Shown here: positions 46,071 to 47,938 of the stretch, piece by piece
Layout of the letters: the number at the start of each line of letters is the position of its first letter
How positions within the stretch are numbered: position 1 is the stretch's first letter
Notes under the pieces: generated by a model
Told to the model about the DNA's origin: nothing
What the model saw: the letters and a program-made list of their open reading frames with translations, nothing else
Database searches by the model: none
Source of the DNA: Gammaproteobacteria bacterium
Lineage (GTDB): Bacteria > Pseudomonadota > Gammaproteobacteria > Steroidobacterales > Rariloculaceae
Assembly: GCA_030834065.1 (NCBI GenBank)
Contig: JAURFX010000002.1
Span: 1 to 47,938 of the forward strand
Length of the DNA stretch: 47,938 bases
Direction of reading: 5' to 3'
Made by a program: the position numbers and the translations under genes

Positions 46071-47938
46071 ATGTTATATGATTTATTAGGTAAAGACTTT
46101 ACACCGCCAGACGTGCGGGCAAAGGTAACAGGGGATGCAAAATATGCAGAGGATTATCGTGTTGATGGCATGGTTTTTGCTAGGCTTTTAACAAGCCCTT
46201 TGCCGCATGCAAAAATTACCAATATTGATGTATCTCGTGCACTCGCTCTAGAAGGTGTCATTGATGTATTGTTACCAAATGAGGTACCTAAATTTCCTGC
46301 CCCTGAGCTACAAATACTTACCGATGAGCCTCTGTTTATTGGTGACCCAATACTAGCAGTTGCCGCAGTGAGCGAACAGATTGCTCAGGATGCAATTGAG
46401 CTCATAACCTATGATATTGAAGAGCTTCCATTTACGGTTGATCCGCTTGAGAGTTTGTATCCGGGTGGTGCAAGTGCAAGACTAGATGGCAATGTTTATA
46501 GCTATTTGTCTGACAATCTAACAAATCATCATTGGACGGCGCGCGATTTCGTGCAAGCCGGAGAAAATAACTTACCTCAAGGAGATCCTTTAGATCAGTG
46601 GGTCTATGGAGACATTGATCAAGGATTTGCAGATTCTGCAATTGTTTTGGACGAAACTTTTGTTACAGCGGGCCAATCACATCATAGTATGGAACCAAGA
46701 ACTGCGATGGCATATTGGCAATCTGGAAAATGCTTTCTGTATGGATCTACCCAGAGTCAAACAGCCGTCATGGAAGACCTTCCTAAATATCTTGATACAG
46801 AACTTGAGAATATTGTTTATATATCTGAATTTTGCGGTGGAGGTTTTGGCTCAAAAGCTAGAGCATATCCAATCATGGCTGTGCCAGCGCATTTCTCGAG
46901 AAAGATTCAGCGACCAGTCATGCTTCGAATCTCTCGATCTGAGGAATATTTTCTTGGTTCTGCAAGGCCTGGGTTCCAAGGAAGAGTAAAAATTGGCTTT
47001 AGGCAAGACGGTAGAGTTGCTGCAGTTGATTTATATATTGTCCATGAAAACGGTCCATATTCAGGATTTGATGATTTTGATGCCGCCGCTTCAGCAGTCA
47101 CGCTTTTGTATCAACCTCTTGCCATGAGGATGAGAGCTGTTTCTGTGCAAACTAACACACCTCCAAGGGGAGCGATGCGAGGACCTGGAGAAAATCAAAT
47201 TGCAGTTGCTGTTGAACCTTTGCTTGATAAAGCTGCAAGCATGCTCGGAATAGATTCGATTAACATTAGAAAAATTAACGCAGCGGATAATAGCGCAAAG
47301 TATTATGCAAACCAAGGTCCCGTGACTAGTGCTTTTCAGCGAGAGGCTATTGATCGATGTATGGAAATATCAAATTGGAATGAAATGAGATCTAGGAATG
47401 GTCAGAGGAATGGATCTAAAGTAATTGGAGTTGGTATTGGTCAGGCTTTTCACCCTGCTGGTAGAAATGGTTATGACGGACTTATAAGGATTACACCTGA
47501 TGGAAAACTTCATATTCATAGTGGCGCAGGAAATTTAGGTACTTATTCACATACTGGGACCGCTAGAGTTGCTGCAGAGGTACTGAAGATGAATTGGGAG
47601 AATTGCGTCATTCAAAGAGGGGATAGTAGAAAGCAGCTCCCTTGGAGCCCAACACAAAGCGGAAGTAATACTTCCTTTACTATGACACGACAAAATTATG
47701 TTGCGGCGATTGACGCTTTGAACAAGCTGAAAGAGATTGCAGTAAGGGTATTGGGTGGTCAAGTTGAGGATTACGATATAGCCAATGAAAGAGTCTTTAA
47801 CATAAGTAATTCTGAACTCTCTCTAAGTTATGCTGAGTGCGCACAATATGCAGTCGAATTTGGAGAACATTTTGATGGCAGTGAAGTCCCAAATAATCTT
47901 CATGAAATTACTGTTTTATCTGTCAATCAACTTGTTGG
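46071..47938 (+). CDS. xanthine dehydrogenase/aldehyde oxidase-family molybdopterin-binding large subunit, 3' end cut by window edge
   Basis: Absent from the ORF track because it runs off the window. Hand translation from ATG 46071 is open to the end: MLYDLLGKDFTPPDVRAKVTGDAKYAEDYRVDGMVFARLLTSPLPHAKI...GQSHHSMEPRTAMAY...EFCGGGFGSK...PPRGAMRGPGENQ.... These are hallmark blocks of the family. Confidence 0.85.
   Translation, partial: MLYDLLGKDFTPPDVRAKVTGDAKYAEDYRVDGMVFARLLTSPLPHAKITNIDVSRALALEGVIDVLLPNEVPKFPAPELQILTDEPLFIGDPILAVAAVSEQIAQDAIELITYDIEELPFTVDPLESLYPGGASARLDGNVYSYLSDNLTNHHWTARDFVQAGENNLPQGDPLDQWVYGDIDQGFADSAIVLDETFVTAGQSHHSMEPRTAMAYWQSGKCFLYGSTQSQTAVMEDLPKYLDTELENIVYISEFCGGGFGSKARAYPIMAVPAHFSRKIQRPVMLRISRSEEYFLGSARPGFQGRVKIGFRQDGRVAAVDLYIVHENGPYSGFDDFDAAASAVTLLYQPLAMRMRAVSVQTNTPPRGAMRGPGENQIAVAVEPLLDKAASMLGIDSINIRKINAADNSAKYYANQGPVTSAFQREAIDRCMEISNWNEMRSRNGQRNGSKVIGVGIGQAFHPAGRNGYDGLIRITPDGKLHIHSGAGNLGTYSHTGTARVAAEVLKMNWENCVIQRGDSRKQLPWSPTQSGSNTSFTMTRQNYVAAIDALNKLKEIAVRVLGGQVEDYDIANERVFNISNSELSLSYAECAQYAVEFGEHFDGSEVPNNLHEITVLSVNQLV

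Noticed and set aside
46432-47762. Track ORFs 46432-46641(-), 46606-46989(+), 46907-47101(-), 47091-47315(-) and 47547-47762(-).
   Set aside because: They are embedded in the long open frame starting at 46071, which translates into a clear molybdenum-hydroxylase large subunit. That frame was missed by the track only because it has no stop inside the window.
1-47938. Searched by eye for CRISPR arrays, tRNA or rRNA genes, IS elements, integrases, toxin-antitoxin pairs or defence-system genes.
   Set aside because: None were found. The largest non-coding gaps are about 100-150 bp (11489-11594, 28129-28274, 40133-40282), and they contain no repeat arrays or cloverleaf-capable sequences that I could recognise.

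Overview
47.9-kb chromosomal segment from a low-GC, very tightly packed genome. Many genes overlap by 1-17 nt. I found about 55 protein-coding genes and no rRNA, tRNA, CRISPR array, transposase or integrase.

The backbone matches gammaproteobacterial (E. coli-like) synteny:
- queG divergent from nnr-tsaE-amiB-miaA-hfq-hflX-hflK-hflC-yjeT-purA, with mutL cleanly absent between amiB and miaA
- rlmB, then rpsF-rpsR-(membrane protein)-rplI-dnaB
- a CorB-like gene divergent from rpsP-rimM-trmD-rplS
- a TatT-associated TRAP transporter
- an Rrf2-sufBCDSUT-sixA operon
- class I aldolase, bepA, bcp, dapA, an 85-aa BamC-like lipoprotein, a 7-blade propeller lipoprotein, and a 3'-truncated molybdenum hydroxylase large subunit

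Between purA and rlmB, where E. coli has nsrR-rnr, lies a ~12.7-kb accessory block (9.9-22.6 kb) with no mobility genes. It contains three parts:
1. A Fur-box-like site ahead of an exported FMN-binding protein and a 2-TM PepSY-type membrane protein, a likely transmembrane electron conduit.
2. A tight operon of seven exported proteins: a DUF6152-like protein with a predicted His-His mature N-terminus, an unknown lipoprotein, then alpha/beta-hydrolase and PAL-like NHL propeller paralogs in the order ABH-NHL-ABH-NHL-NHL. It ends at the only strong terminator in the window.
3. An ECF transporter whose S component is fused to tandem ATPases (YkoE/YkoD-like), plus a T component.

The hydrolase/PAL-like cassette, possibly working with the adjacent redox module, is my best candidate for an undescribed periplasmic system. 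All calls come from reading translations and motifs by eye. Start codons, family names and homology statements need HMM or BLAST confirmation.
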